The notes below the pieces were generated by a model. That model was given only the letters and a program-made list of their open reading frames with translations. It did not search any database and had not been told where the DNA came from. This document shows, piece by piece, positions 9,202-18,449 of a stretch of 64,000 bases of DNA (position 1 is its first letter; each line of letters begins with the position of its first letter). Both the position numbers and the translations under genes were made by a program. The stretch is taken from contig JAKEGJ010000004.1 of the NCBI GenBank assembly GCA_022627495.1, positions 622-64,621 of the forward strand, in the 5' to 3' direction. Source of the DNA: Candidatus Micrarchaeota archaeon. GTDB taxonomy: Archaea > Micrarchaeota > Micrarchaeia > Anstonellales > Bilamarchaeaceae.

Positions 9202-9972
9202 GTGAACATATTCGAATCAATACTCCTCGGCCTGATACAGGGCATCACCGAATGGCTCCCGGTCTCCAGCTCCGGCCATCTCGCCCTCGCGCAGCATTTT
9301 TTCAGCATCGAGGCCTCGATAGCGTTCGACATCATACTCCACCTGGGGACCCTGCTTGCAGTCGTAGCATATTACCGCAAGGATATCCTGTCCCTGGCAA
9401 GGGGAATACTGGCACGGGACGCGAAATCAATCCGGCTTGCATTCCTGATTCTGCTGACAGCCATTCCGACCGCGATAATCGGCCTTTCCCTCAGGGACTT
9501 CTTCGAATCCATGTTCGCAAGCCCGCTCTCTGTTGCGCTCGCCTTGGCAATCACGGGCATATTCCTCGTCATCGCGTCGCGGCACAAATCGGGAAACGCG
9601 AAACCCGGAACCCGCTCCGCCCTGCTTATAGGCATCGCCCAGGGAATTGCCGTGGCGCCCGGAATATCGCGGAGCGGCTCAACAATCGGCACGGCTCTGC
9701 TTCTGGGGATAGAAAAGGAGGAGGCCGCACGCTTCTCGTTCCTAGCAGGCGTAATCCCGATACTTGGCGCCGCCATGCTCGAAGGCCGCCATGCCATCGG
9801 TGCGGATGTGGAACTGCTGCCCGTTATCGCAGGATTTCTCAGCGCGGCAGTCGCAGGATACCTTTCAATCGGCCTGCTGATACGTCTGCTGAAAGAGAGC
9901 CGCCTCCAGTGGTTTGGCTACTACTGCCTGGCCCTTTCCGCCCTGATTTTCGGCGCCACGGCGATGATTTGA
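9202..9972 (+). CDS. uppP: Undecaprenyl-diphosphate phosphatase (BacA)
   Basis: QGITEWLPVSSSGHL and PGISRSGSTI signatures. Confidence 0.92.
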   Translation: MNIFESILLGLIQGITEWLPVSSSGHLALAQHFFSIEASIAFDIILHLGTLLAVVAYYRKDILSLARGILARDAKSIRLAFLILLTAIPTAIIGLSLRDFFESMFASPLSVALALAITGIFLVIASRHKSGNAKPGTRSALLIGIAQGIAVAPGISRSGSTIGTALLLGIEKEEAARFSFLAGVIPILGAAMLEGRHAIGADVELLPVIAGFLSAAVAGYLSIGLLIRLLKESRLQWFGYYCLALSALIFGATAMI

Positions 9973-10020
9973 GCTTCCGTATGGACGATTGCTTTTAACC
10001 CTTGCCGCCGTATTCCGGAC

Positions 10021-10365
10021 ATGGTGTATTCGTTCCCGCCTCCGGTGACGGACCTGCTTTCCCTTTTGTCGCTCATCATCGAATCGTCCGCGCTTATCCT
10101 GCTTATCGCGGCGGTTGTGCACTCGCTTTACCGTATTCTGAGGATAGAGGTCTTCCACAACAAAAGGTTCCACGAATACGAGCACACCAAGCGGACACTC
10201 ATCCAGAAGGTGATATTCGCGCTCGATTTCCTGGTCGTCGCCGACATCATCCGCCTGGCCATCCTCTTCGAGTTCATGGACATACTCAAGGTTGCCCTGA
10301 TTGTGGTGATGAGGACGATGCTGAGCTGGTCGCTCAGCAAGGAAATCCACCTTCACAAGGAATAG
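10021..10365 (+). CDS. DUF1622 membrane protein
   Basis: LDFLVVADII..IVVMRTMLSWSL.KEI pattern. Confidence 0.8.
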   Translation: MVYSFPPPVTDLLSLLSLIIESSALILLIAAVVHSLYRILRIEVFHNKRFHEYEHTKRTLIQKVIFALDFLVVADIIRLAILFEFMDILKVALIVVMRTMLSWSLSKEIHLHKE

Positions 10366-10389
10366 CGCTATCGCAGGCCCATAACCCTC

Positions 10390-10965
10390 CTACAGCGCCA
10401 TGTGGGTGCGCAGGATGTTCAGGCCGATAAGTATGAGTACGACGCCCCCGAAAATCCCGGCCTTTCCTTCGAGCCTGCACCCGAAGCGGCTCCCTATGAA
10501 CACCGATGAGAACGAAATCAGGGCCGTCGCCGCCCCGACGATTATCGCGGTTTCAAGAAGCGAATGGTCGGCGAACGCCACCCCGACGCCCACAGCGAGG
10601 GAATCTATGCTTGTGGCAACGGCTAGGATGAGGAGGATGCGCGCATCCAGGAGATTCACCTTCTTATCCTCGCCGCTATGGCAGGATTCAAGCAGCATCT
10701 TCCCCCCGACAACTGCGAGCAGGATGAAGGCGACCCAATGGTCGAATTCCGAAACCATCCCCCTGAGCCCCTCGCCCCCCAGGCCGCCAAGAAAAAGCAT
10801 GATGCCCTGGAACCCGCCGAAAATGAGCGCCGCAAGCAGTGCGGCCGCAGCCAGTTTCCCTTGTTTCGCATTCGCCCCGCCGGTCATGGAGACGGCTGCG
10901 GAATCCATCGCAAGGCCCACACCGATAAGCAGCGCTGTCAAAAAATCAGTCAGAGATATCCCCAC
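10390..10965 (-). CDS. mntP: Manganese efflux pump MntP
   Basis: GLAMDSAAVS, DHWVAF, ATSIDSLAVG. Confidence 0.9.
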   Translation of the reverse strand: MGISLTDFLTALLIGVGLAMDSAAVSMTGGANAKQGKLAAAALLAALIFGGFQGIMLFLGGLGGEGLRGMVSEFDHWVAFILLAVVGGKMLLESCHSGEDKKVNLLDARILLILAVATSIDSLAVGVGVAFADHSLLETAIIVGAATALISFSSVFIGSRFGCRLEGKAGIFGGVVLILIGLNILRTHMAL

Positions 10966-12260
10966 ATGGTGAGCCTGTCGCTGTCCTCAATCCATCTCGC
11001 TCCGATATCTGTCCGGTAGAACATGTTCGGGATGATGATGTTCTTTATCCTGTTGTATACCGTCTTCCGCGTTTCCTCCATAGTCGTGCCAGAGGCGGTA
11101 ACAACCAGCGCATACCCGCTGTTCCCGGCCAGGCGCCAGTCGTTCTCCACCAGTTTCACATCGCCCAGGTGGATGCCTTCGAAAACATGCTTCTTGAATA
11201 TGATGGACGCATCCTCCGAGTACCTCCTGAATGAATCCGGGTCATGGAACGGAAACGGCGGCACGGCGACCACCACTCCCACCTCGAATGCGCGCTTCGT
11301 CCTGAATTCCGGCTTCTCCTTCTTCGCTATGCCGTAAAGGAACTGGCCCCATTCAGAGAGGACGCCTTCCATGGCGATGCTGATGTGCGGGTAGCCGAAC
11401 CTGCTAGTGAATTCGAGGGGGTATATCCCGCGCGAATTGGCTATGCAGTTGATGTCGATGTAGCCGACATACCCCGAGGCCGCGAGCTTCTCCTTCATCT
11501 TGAGGAGCGTGGAATCGAAAATCGGGCTCCGGTTCGTGAAGAACATGGTCGTCCCCATTTCGCCGGTGCTGGGCCCCAAATCGCCCGGAAACATCTTCTT
11601 GTGCTCGAAATTGACGTTGATGGGGTAGATGAAATCCTCCCCGTTGAAGAAGGCGCCGACCGCCACCTCCACGCCTGAGATGAACTTCTGCAGCTGGAAC
11701 GCCTTGATTTTCTTGCCCCAGTTCTTCTTGTAGCGCTCGAGCATCTCCACGATGTCCCGGCCGTCCTCTTCCTGGCCCACGAACAGGAGCTCCTTCTCGT
11801 TCTGGGCAAGGCCGCTCGGCTTTATGACGTACCGGTCCGGATTCTTTATGATGAATTCGACCGCCTCGTCGAAATTCGTGAAATTCCAGCGGGGTATGAT
11901 GTTTATCCCGACGGATTTCATCTCGCTTTGCCCGAACTCGCGGTCCATCTCCAGCTTGTCAGTATAGGCGCTTCCGCCCACCACGGCCTTTCCAGCTTTC
12001 CGCAATGCGTCCGCATCATCGCCGAACCCGAAATCGTCGAAAATGATGCAGTCCGCCCAATCCGCGTGCTCCTTCCAGCCATCCGCCTTGTCAAGGAAGC
12101 CGTCGCATACGTCTTTCTGCTCTTTTTCGGAAATGAAATACCTCACTTCGTGGCCCTCTTTCCTTGCCTCCCAGGCGAGGTCGCCTATAAGGGCGTCGAT
12201 GGACACGAAAAGGAGCTTGAGCCTGGGTTTTGCGTGCGTTGGCGTATTATTCCCATTCAT
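10950..12260 (-). CDS. purD: Phosphoribosylamine-glycine ligase-like ATP-grasp protein
   Basis: VIKPSGLA, NFEHKKMFPGDLGPSTGEMG, LEFTSRFGYP, YRTDIG. Confidence 0.75.
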   Translation of the reverse strand: MNGNNTPTHAKPRLKLLFVSIDALIGDLAWEARKEGHEVRYFISEKEQKDVCDGFLDKADGWKEHADWADCIIFDDFGFGDDADALRKAGKAVVGGSAYTDKLEMDREFGQSEMKSVGINIIPRWNFTNFDEAVEFIIKNPDRYVIKPSGLAQNEKELLFVGQEEDGRDIVEMLERYKKNWGKKIKAFQLQKFISGVEVAVGAFFNGEDFIYPINVNFEHKKMFPGDLGPSTGEMGTTMFFTNRSPIFDSTLLKMKEKLAASGYVGYIDINCIANSRGIYPLEFTSRFGYPHISIAMEGVLSEWGQFLYGIAKKEKPEFRTKRAFEVGVVVAVPPFPFHDPDSFRRYSEDASIIFKKHVFEGIHLGDVKLVENDWRLAGNSGYALVVTASGTTMEETRKTVYNRIKNIIIPNMFYRTDIGARWIEDSDRLTMWGYL

Positions 12261-12407
12261 GGCCTTAAATCGTCGTAAAGGTTTATTTGTTTTTTTGCGT
12301 GAGGCGCGCTGTTTTGTCGATAATGTGTCAGTTAATGACAAATACCCGTTAAAAATCAGTTTTTTAAAGCGCTCGCCCCCATATTAGCTCCTTGCTTCGG
12401 TGGAACC

Positions 12408-13199
12408 ATGGTGGGTGGCATCAAAGGCATCGCGCGCAGACCTTATAACGGCGATACTCGCCGCGGCCCCAGGCATTCCTATCTCGTATGCGAGCTTCGC
12501 CGCAGGGGCTGCAGCCCTTCCGTCGACCGCTATGGCAACATCTGGGTGGAAAAAGGCGAGGGGAAGCCGACCGTCCTTTTCTCGTCGCATCTGGATGTCG
12601 ACCCCCGCATCAGGCGCGTCGATTTCAGGGCGCGCAAATCCGGCAGCCGCACCGTGCTCACGGGCATCCTCGACAATGCGGTCGGCTGCTACATCAACCT
12701 TCTCCTTGCCCAGAAAGGCCCGAGGAAAGGGAAGGCCATTTACGTTTTCACCGCGTCCGAGGAAATCGACCGGGCAAATCCGCGCCGCTACGCGCGCAGC
12801 GCAAGGGAAGTCGTCAAGGAGCTCCGGAGGCGCGATATCCGGCCCGACGTCTGCATCGCTATCGACGTTACTTACCCGAGGCTTCTCCATCCCCAGCACA
12901 AGCTTGACTGGTCCAGGGCGTACGAGGAGCTTTTCGACATCGGCGACCGGACGCACTGCTACCTGGACGGATTTTCGAGGCCGTCGGTCAGGAAGACCGC
13001 AGAGGGCCTGAAGAAGCGCTTCGGAGGGCGCCTTGTCGGGGTGAGGAAATTCCACGGCCATGACGAGGCGTTCGTCTACGACCGCATATCGCCATCGTTC
13101 GCGTTCGGCCCGGTTGTTTTCGGCCATTTCGACCAGACGGACCAGTCCATGCCGCTTTCGCACATGCGGACGGCGCTGAAGTTCCTGCGGACCGTCTAG
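12408..13199 (+). CDS. M28/M42-type metallopeptidase
   Basis: SHLD, LDN, SEE, AIDVT and C-terminal His metal ligands. Confidence 0.7.
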   Translation: MVGGIKGIARRPYNGDTRRGPRHSYLVCELRRRGCSPSVDRYGNIWVEKGEGKPTVLFSSHLDVDPRIRRVDFRARKSGSRTVLTGILDNAVGCYINLLLAQKGPRKGKAIYVFTASEEIDRANPRRYARSAREVVKELRRRDIRPDVCIAIDVTYPRLLHPQHKLDWSRAYEELFDIGDRTHCYLDGFSRPSVRKTAEGLKKRFGGRLVGVRKFHGHDEAFVYDRISPSFAFGPVVFGHFDQTDQSMPLSHMRTALKFLRTV

Positions 13200-13203
13200 T
13201 CCC

Positions 13204-14118
13204 TTATAACGCGTTTCCGGCAGATTCACCGAGCCCCAGAATTTCCTCTATCGATGCGGCCCTGCTCACCTGCAGTCTCAAAACTGACGCCCCCGGGATG
13301 CCGGAAAGAAAATTCATCGCTTTGATTTTGATGTCCCTGAGCCTGGGGCCGCCTGTGGCGTCCCGGTATCTGTCGCAAAGGGACGCGTATTCCGCAAGGA
13401 GCGCGAACCTCTCCCCTGCTCCGGCCGGAATCCGGCCGGCAAACAGCATCGGATTGCGCATCGCCGCCCGCCCGACCATGTAAGAATCGCAATACCCCTC
13501 TTTCACGCGCTTTTCTCCCCCTTCAATGGAAGTCACGTCGCCGTTTCCAACTACAGGTACGGACAGCTCCTCCTTAAGCGCCCGGACGGCCTCCCAGTCC
13601 GGCTTCCCGGAATAGCCCTGATTCGTTGTCCTGCCATGGATTATTATGAAATCCGCGCCCGCGTCCTCGATTTTCCGACAAAGCGCGAGCGTGCCCCCGG
13701 CTCCCCGGACAATCCTGATTTTTGCCGAAACCGGCAGGTCTGCGGAAGATTTCATCTGTGAAATCGCGCCGGCTATCAAGTCCGGCTTCCTGAGCATGGC
13801 GCTGCCCGAGCCGTCATTCATGGTCCGGGTCGAAGGGCATCCGCAATTCAGGTTTAGCCATGAGACTGAGGGCAGGCGCCTGGCAATTATGCCCGCGGCC
13901 CTGCCTATCGTTTTCGCATCGTTCCCGAAAATCTGGACGCCCAGGTTGCGCTCGTCAGCGTGCGCATCAATGAGGCTGATGCGCGATTCGTCCATGGCGA
14001 TGGCCGCCGAGCTTACCAGCGGGACGCATGCGGCCTTGGCCCCGTATCCCTGGCACATGCGCCTGAAGGGCAGGTCCGAGAAATCGTGGAGGGGCGCGAG
14101 ATAGTTGCTGAAAACCAC
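13204..14118 (-). CDS. dus: tRNA-dihydrouridine synthase
   Basis: NLNCGCP, GSGSAML, SAKIR, HGRT, VGNGDV, MVGR. Confidence 0.9.
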   Translation of the reverse strand: MVFSNYLAPLHDFSDLPFRRMCQGYGAKAACVPLVSSAAIAMDESRISLIDAHADERNLGVQIFGNDAKTIGRAAGIIARRLPSVSWLNLNCGCPSTRTMNDGSGSAMLRKPDLIAGAISQMKSSADLPVSAKIRIVRGAGGTLALCRKIEDAGADFIIIHGRTTNQGYSGKPDWEAVRALKEELSVPVVGNGDVTSIEGGEKRVKEGYCDSYMVGRAAMRNPMLFAGRIPAGAGERFALLAEYASLCDRYRDATGGPRLRDIKIKAMNFLSGIPGASVLRLQVSRAASIEEILGLGESAGNAL

Positions 14119-14320
14119 AAAGCATCATATGCCCGAAAGGGGTTAAATCAGTGCCCATCCTGCCCTTGCGCCCGGTTGCGGATGCTGTCGCACGGATTCT
14201 AACCGGCAACCCGGCCCGGCCCATTGCCGGCCTCTTGCGCCTCAGGAATGTCGAAAAAAAGCTGAAAAGGAATGTCTAAGGCGGCATGGGGCGCCTCAAA
14301 GCCGCTGAATTATCGCCAGG

Positions 14321-14551
14321 AGGGGGACGGGGTCAGGCCGGAGAGGCTAAGAGGGGCGCCTGCCTCTGGAAAGGCGGATTTTTAATCTCCTTTTCCAGCC
14401 ACCGGTAATCCACTTCCCGGAAATAAGGCCCCACCGATAATATTTCCAGGCACACCGGAATCCTTCCGTTTCCTTCCGCCATTCGTCCCACCCCTTTCCC
14501 TAACGCCCCGCATCGCGGAGCCAAACCCCCGGATCCCCCGTTCCATCCCCT
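14321..14551 (-). ncRNA. Candidate structured non-coding RNA (~230 nt), family unknown
   Basis: 5' and 3' ends pair (AGGGGAUGG/CCGUCCCC), several further helices, TATA-like ATATAAAT about 25 nt upstream on the minus strand. Confidence 0.5.
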
Positions 14552-14747
14552 GCTGATATATGCTGGTGGTGATATTTATATGTTTTCTCGATTTTTATGT
14601 ATGAAATTACTTTAATTAATCAATTATGATGTATAATTAAAATTATTATTGTGCCAATTTTGGTTAAAATTAGCATTTATACCATCCATACGACGTAAAA
14701 TCTGCGCCACCCAAATAAGTAAAAACCCGATGCCGCCCATTTCTCCC

Positions 14748-15503
14748 ATGGATGAGAGGCTGACCTTCCGGAACGTCGCCGGCGACGCGCTCGCCGCGAT
14801 TCTTAGCGTCCCGCCAAAGCCGAACGGGAAAGGCGTTGTGCTTCTGCATTGCTTCACATGCACAAAGCACCACCGTGTCATGCGCAGCCTCGCCGAATCC
14901 CTCTCCGAGGCCGGATTCTCGGTGCTCAGGTTCGATTTCGGAGGCAACGGCGAGAGCGGCGGGAAGCTTGAGGACGCCACATACTCGAAAATGCTGGATG
15001 AAGTCCGTTCAGCGGTCACGCTCCTGCGCAGCAGGGGGATTGATAAGGTCGGGGTGGCCGGCCATAGCATGGGCGCCATGCTTTCCCTCCTTGCGGCGAG
15101 CGAGGACGAACGCATCAGCGCCGTCGGCTTCATCTCCGGCAGCTCGCAGGCCGCCCGCGTGCGGGAGGTATTCCCCCAGGATGCCATACGGAAGGCGGAA
15201 AAAGAGGGCTCGGCCGAGGCGTTCGTCTATGGCAGGCATATCACGATAAAGCGCGAGTTCCTCCTTGATGTGGAAAAGTTCAACGTCGGCCATGCCGCCG
15301 CGACACTTGGCAGGCCCATCCTGATAGTCCATGGCACCGAAGACGAGGTCATCCCCCCGTTCCATGCGCGGCAGATTTTCGCCTGGGCGTCAGGGAAAAA
15401 GACGCTCGATATGATGGAAGGCGTCGACCATCTTTTCAGGAAGGACGCAGACCTGGCAAAACTCCGCGATACGGTGTGCGCCTGGTTCTGCAGCAACCTG
15501 TAG
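14748..15503 (+). CDS. Alpha/beta hydrolase
   Basis: [20 protein letters not shown] nucleophile, HGTED, DH. Confidence 0.9.
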   Translation: MDERLTFRNVAGDALAAILSVPPKPNGKGVVLLHCFTCTKHHRVMRSLAESLSEAGFSVLRFDFGGNGESGGKLEDATYSKMLDEVRSAVTLLRSRGIDKVGVAGHSMGAMLSLLAASEDERISAVGFISGSSQAARVREVFPQDAIRKAEKEGSAEAFVYGRHITIKREFLLDVEKFNVGHAAATLGRPILIVHGTEDEVIPPFHARQIFAWASGKKTLDMMEGVDHLFRKDADLAKLRDTVCAWFCSNL

Positions 15504-15603
15504 CGTGCGGAACGCAATGCGCCAGCGGGAGCGTGGGAAGCTTTATATTTTTTGTCCGGCTGTTTCCCTTGACAAAACCAGTGACATACGAGAGGTGGAA
15601 ACC

Positions 15604-16023
15604 ATGGATGAACAGGCAGGGCCAACGGATGAACAGGCGAGGACTTCGGATGAGCAGATGAAGACGCCGGAAGAAGGTCCGGACGAGATGGATGCGGAGG
15701 CGCTCCCGATGCACGGGCAGCAGGATCAGCAAGCGCCGCTTAGGGAACGAAGAAGGGATGACAACACGGTCTACGTCGGCAAGAAGGGAACGATGGGCTA
15801 TGTGCTTGCAGTCGTGACGCAGTTCAACAACGGCGCGAACGCAGTTACGGTCAAGGCGAGGGGGAAGCTGATTTCCCGCGCAGTAGACGTTGTCGAGATT
15901 GTCCGCCACAGGTTCATGCCGAATTCGAAAGTGGACAACATCGCAATCTCCACCGAAGAGCTCACATCGGAGGACGGCTCGAAGACCAAGGTCTCTTCGA
16001 TTGAGATAAAGATCCAGAAGTAG
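15604..16023 (+). CDS. albA: DNA/RNA-binding protein Alba with acidic N-terminal extension
   Basis: [34 protein letters not shown]. Confidence 0.92.
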   Translation: MDEQAGPTDEQARTSDEQMKTPEEGPDEMDAEALPMHGQQDQQAPLRERRRDDNTVYVGKKGTMGYVLAVVTQFNNGANAVTVKARGKLISRAVDVVEIVRHRFMPNSKVDNIAISTEELTSEDGSKTKVSSIEIKIQK

Positions 16024-16033
16024 CCTGGTCCGT

Positions 16034-16654
16034 ATGAAAGGCGTCCTGGACACCAAGGGGATCTTCCTAGCCATTTTATTCGGGGCAGTCCTGCAATTTT
16101 CCGGCGGAACAGGCTACCTGGCCCTTATGCTCGTCTTTTTTTTCCTGGCCATCATCGTCACGAAGTACGAGTATGAGATAAAGAAGGAAATGGGCCTCTA
16201 CGAGCACGAGCGGGGCTGGGAGAACGTTTTGTCGAACGGCCTCCTGCCATCTGCCCTTGCGGCGCTGAGTCCGGCAATCGGCCCCATGCCATTCATCGCC
16301 TCGCTGGCCGCAGTGTCGGCGGACAAATTCGGCTCGGAAATCGGCGTCCTCGACCCCCGCGACCCCCTTTCGATATTCAGCCTGAAGCCGGTCAAGCCCG
16401 GCACAAGCGGCGGCATGAGCATTCTTGGCACTATCGGCTCCCTGGCCGGCGCAACCGCCATCGGCGTGTCGGCGATTTTCCTTTTCGGCCTATCGCCCAC
16501 CCAGGCTTTAATCGTAGGGTTGGTCGGGCTTGCCGGCTCGATAGTGGATACGGCTTTCGGGGTGTTCGAAGAGGGCGGCCTGGGCACCAAGGGGACCACG
16601 AACTTCATATGCTCCCTTGCCGGGGCGGTATTGGGGTATTATTTAATATCCTGA
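16034..16654 (+). CDS. DUF92 (TMEM19-like) membrane protein
   Basis: RGWENVLSNG, ADKFGSEIG, PGTSGGMS..G. Confidence 0.85.
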   Translation: MKGVLDTKGIFLAILFGAVLQFSGGTGYLALMLVFFFLAIIVTKYEYEIKKEMGLYEHERGWENVLSNGLLPSALAALSPAIGPMPFIASLAAVSADKFGSEIGVLDPRDPLSIFSLKPVKPGTSGGMSILGTIGSLAGATAIGVSAIFLFGLSPTQALIVGLVGLAGSIVDTAFGVFEEGGLGTKGTTNFICSLAGAVLGYYLIS

Positions 16655-16702
16655 ACCCATCAAGGGATTCGATTATAACGTTTCAGACCAAGGTGATTTC
16701 AT

Positions 16703-17410
16703 ATGCGTGTTTTCGTACTTGCCGGCGGGGAAGGCACCCGCCTGAGGCCATACACCTACTCGGCGCCTAAGCCGATGCTGATGCTCGGAGGCAAGCCCAT
16801 CCTCCAATACGTCCTTGAAAACCTGAAGAGGGCGGGCTTGAAGGACATCGTGCTCACCGTGGGCTATAAGCATGAGGCGATAACATCCCATTTCGGCGAC
16901 GGCTCCAGGTTCGGAATGAAGATTGAGTACTCTGTCGAAAAAGAGAAGCTCAACACCGCCGGCTCCATCGCCCGCTACAGGGGCAAAGTGAAAGAGACTT
17001 TCGCCGTGGTAATGGGCGACCACCTGACCGACATCGACATGGCGGACATGCACAAAAGCCACAAGAAGAGCGGCGCAATCGCTACCATCGCGCTGTACCA
17101 TGCGAAGACCCCGCTGGAATACGGCGTGGCGAAGGTGGAGGGCGGCAAGGTCGTCGGTTTCGCGGAAAAGCCCCTCCTCGAGCACGACTACAACACCGCG
17201 ATATACTTCTTCGAGCCCGAAATCTTCGATTATATCCGAGAGAAGGAAGACTTCTCCAAGGACGTCTTCCCCCGCCTCCTTGCCGCCAACAAGGCGATAA
17301 ATGCGTATCTTTTCGATGGGGTATGGTTCGACATCGGGCGCGTCAGCGACTACGAGCGGTTCGTGGAGCTCTTCAGCCTGATGCGTTTCATGCGCGAACT
17401 CGAAGGGTAG
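16703..17410 (+). CDS. NDP-sugar nucleotidyltransferase
   Basis: LAGGEGTRLRPYT..PKPM; WFDIGR. Confidence 0.9.
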   Translation: MRVFVLAGGEGTRLRPYTYSAPKPMLMLGGKPILQYVLENLKRAGLKDIVLTVGYKHEAITSHFGDGSRFGMKIEYSVEKEKLNTAGSIARYRGKVKETFAVVMGDHLTDIDMADMHKSHKKSGAIATIALYHAKTPLEYGVAKVEGGKVVGFAEKPLLEHDYNTAIYFFEPEIFDYIREKEDFSKDVFPRLLAANKAINAYLFDGVWFDIGRVSDYERFVELFSLMRFMRELEG

Positions 17411-17442
17411 CGCATGCGGCGGCAATCCTCAATTCGCCCGAC

Positions 17443-18411
17443 TTAAATCTTTATGTACAGCGCAAGCACCGCGAGAGCGAACACCATCTCAATCGCGAGG
17501 AAGGCGAATACCAGGTTCCGTTCGGTGATGCCCCCGAAAGCCTTCATCACCACGTGGACAAGCCCCCTTACCCGCCCGTCTTTCGGGTGCAGCCTGCCAT
17601 CCGCCCGGATTTCCTGGTGCGTGTGGGGGAACCTGTTGATTGCCTTGATGAAGAATTCCACGATGTACGGCGCCATGAGGATGACGCCCGCGCTCTCAAG
17701 GTTGCCGATTATCACGGTGCTGGCAAGGACGACGCCAATCGTCAGGGTTCCCACATCCCCGGGGAAGACCCTGGCGGGATGCATGTTGAAAGCGAGGAAT
17801 CCGAGAAGGGCGCCGAGCATGGAGAGGGAAAGGATGGACATTTCGGATGAGCCCAGGCTCAGCGCAACCAAGCCCAGGGCCGCAAACATCACCGCGCCCA
17901 TTCCAGCCTCGAGGCCGTTGAACCCGGCAAGCATGTTGGTCAAATTCGAGCATACCGCGATGGCGAGCGGCACCAGCACGATTATGTAAATGACGCCGAA
18001 ATCCACCATCCCGATTACGGGGAGCGCGATTGCGGTGCTTCCGGCCGCCTTGACTGCGACAAGCGGGACGGCCGCAAACAGGGGCAGGATGGCCTTGAGC
18101 CACTGCGGGATGCTCAGGAGGTCGTCCACGATGCCGATGAATGCTATCGTGTGTATCGTGATGACCGCGGCAAGCACGTAAACGAGGTTGAATTCCATGC
18201 CCAGGAATGAATTGAAGAATATCGCAAGCAGCAGGCCGGCGCTGAATCCGGCGACTATGGCGAGCCCGCCCATCTCCGCGACTTCGGGGTTGCCCTGCTT
18301 GTTCTCGTCCTTGCCTGTCATCCCGGCCCGCTCCAGGCGGGGAATCAGGAGCTTTGTGAGGGCGAATGCCACGACCAATGCGATGATAGCGCATGCGATG
18401 AAATACATCAT
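17443..18411 (-). CDS. aglH: UDP-GlcNAc:dolichyl-phosphate GlcNAc-1-P transferase (AglH/MraY family)
   Basis: EMGG, GIVDD, NMLAGFNGLE, FPGDVG. Confidence 0.85.
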   Translation of the reverse strand: MMYFIACAIIALVVAFALTKLLIPRLERAGMTGKDENKQGNPEVAEMGGLAIVAGFSAGLLLAIFFNSFLGMEFNLVYVLAAVITIHTIAFIGIVDDLLSIPQWLKAILPLFAAVPLVAVKAAGSTAIALPVIGMVDFGVIYIIVLVPLAIAVCSNLTNMLAGFNGLEAGMGAVMFAALGLVALSLGSSEMSILSLSMLGALLGFLAFNMHPARVFPGDVGTLTIGVVLASTVIIGNLESAGVILMAPYIVEFFIKAINRFPHTHQEIRADGRLHPKDGRVRGLVHVVMKAFGGITERNLVFAFLAIEMVFALAVLALYIKI

Positions 18412-18449
18412 CAGACCATCCCGAACCTAATGCCTTTCCATGCCCGCTT

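Noticed and set aside
14321-14551. Assignment as RNase P RNA or SRP RNA
   Set aside because: No GAGGAAAGUCC/ACAGAA P4 elements and no SRP helix-8 (CAGG..GGAA..AGCA) motif found; left as unknown
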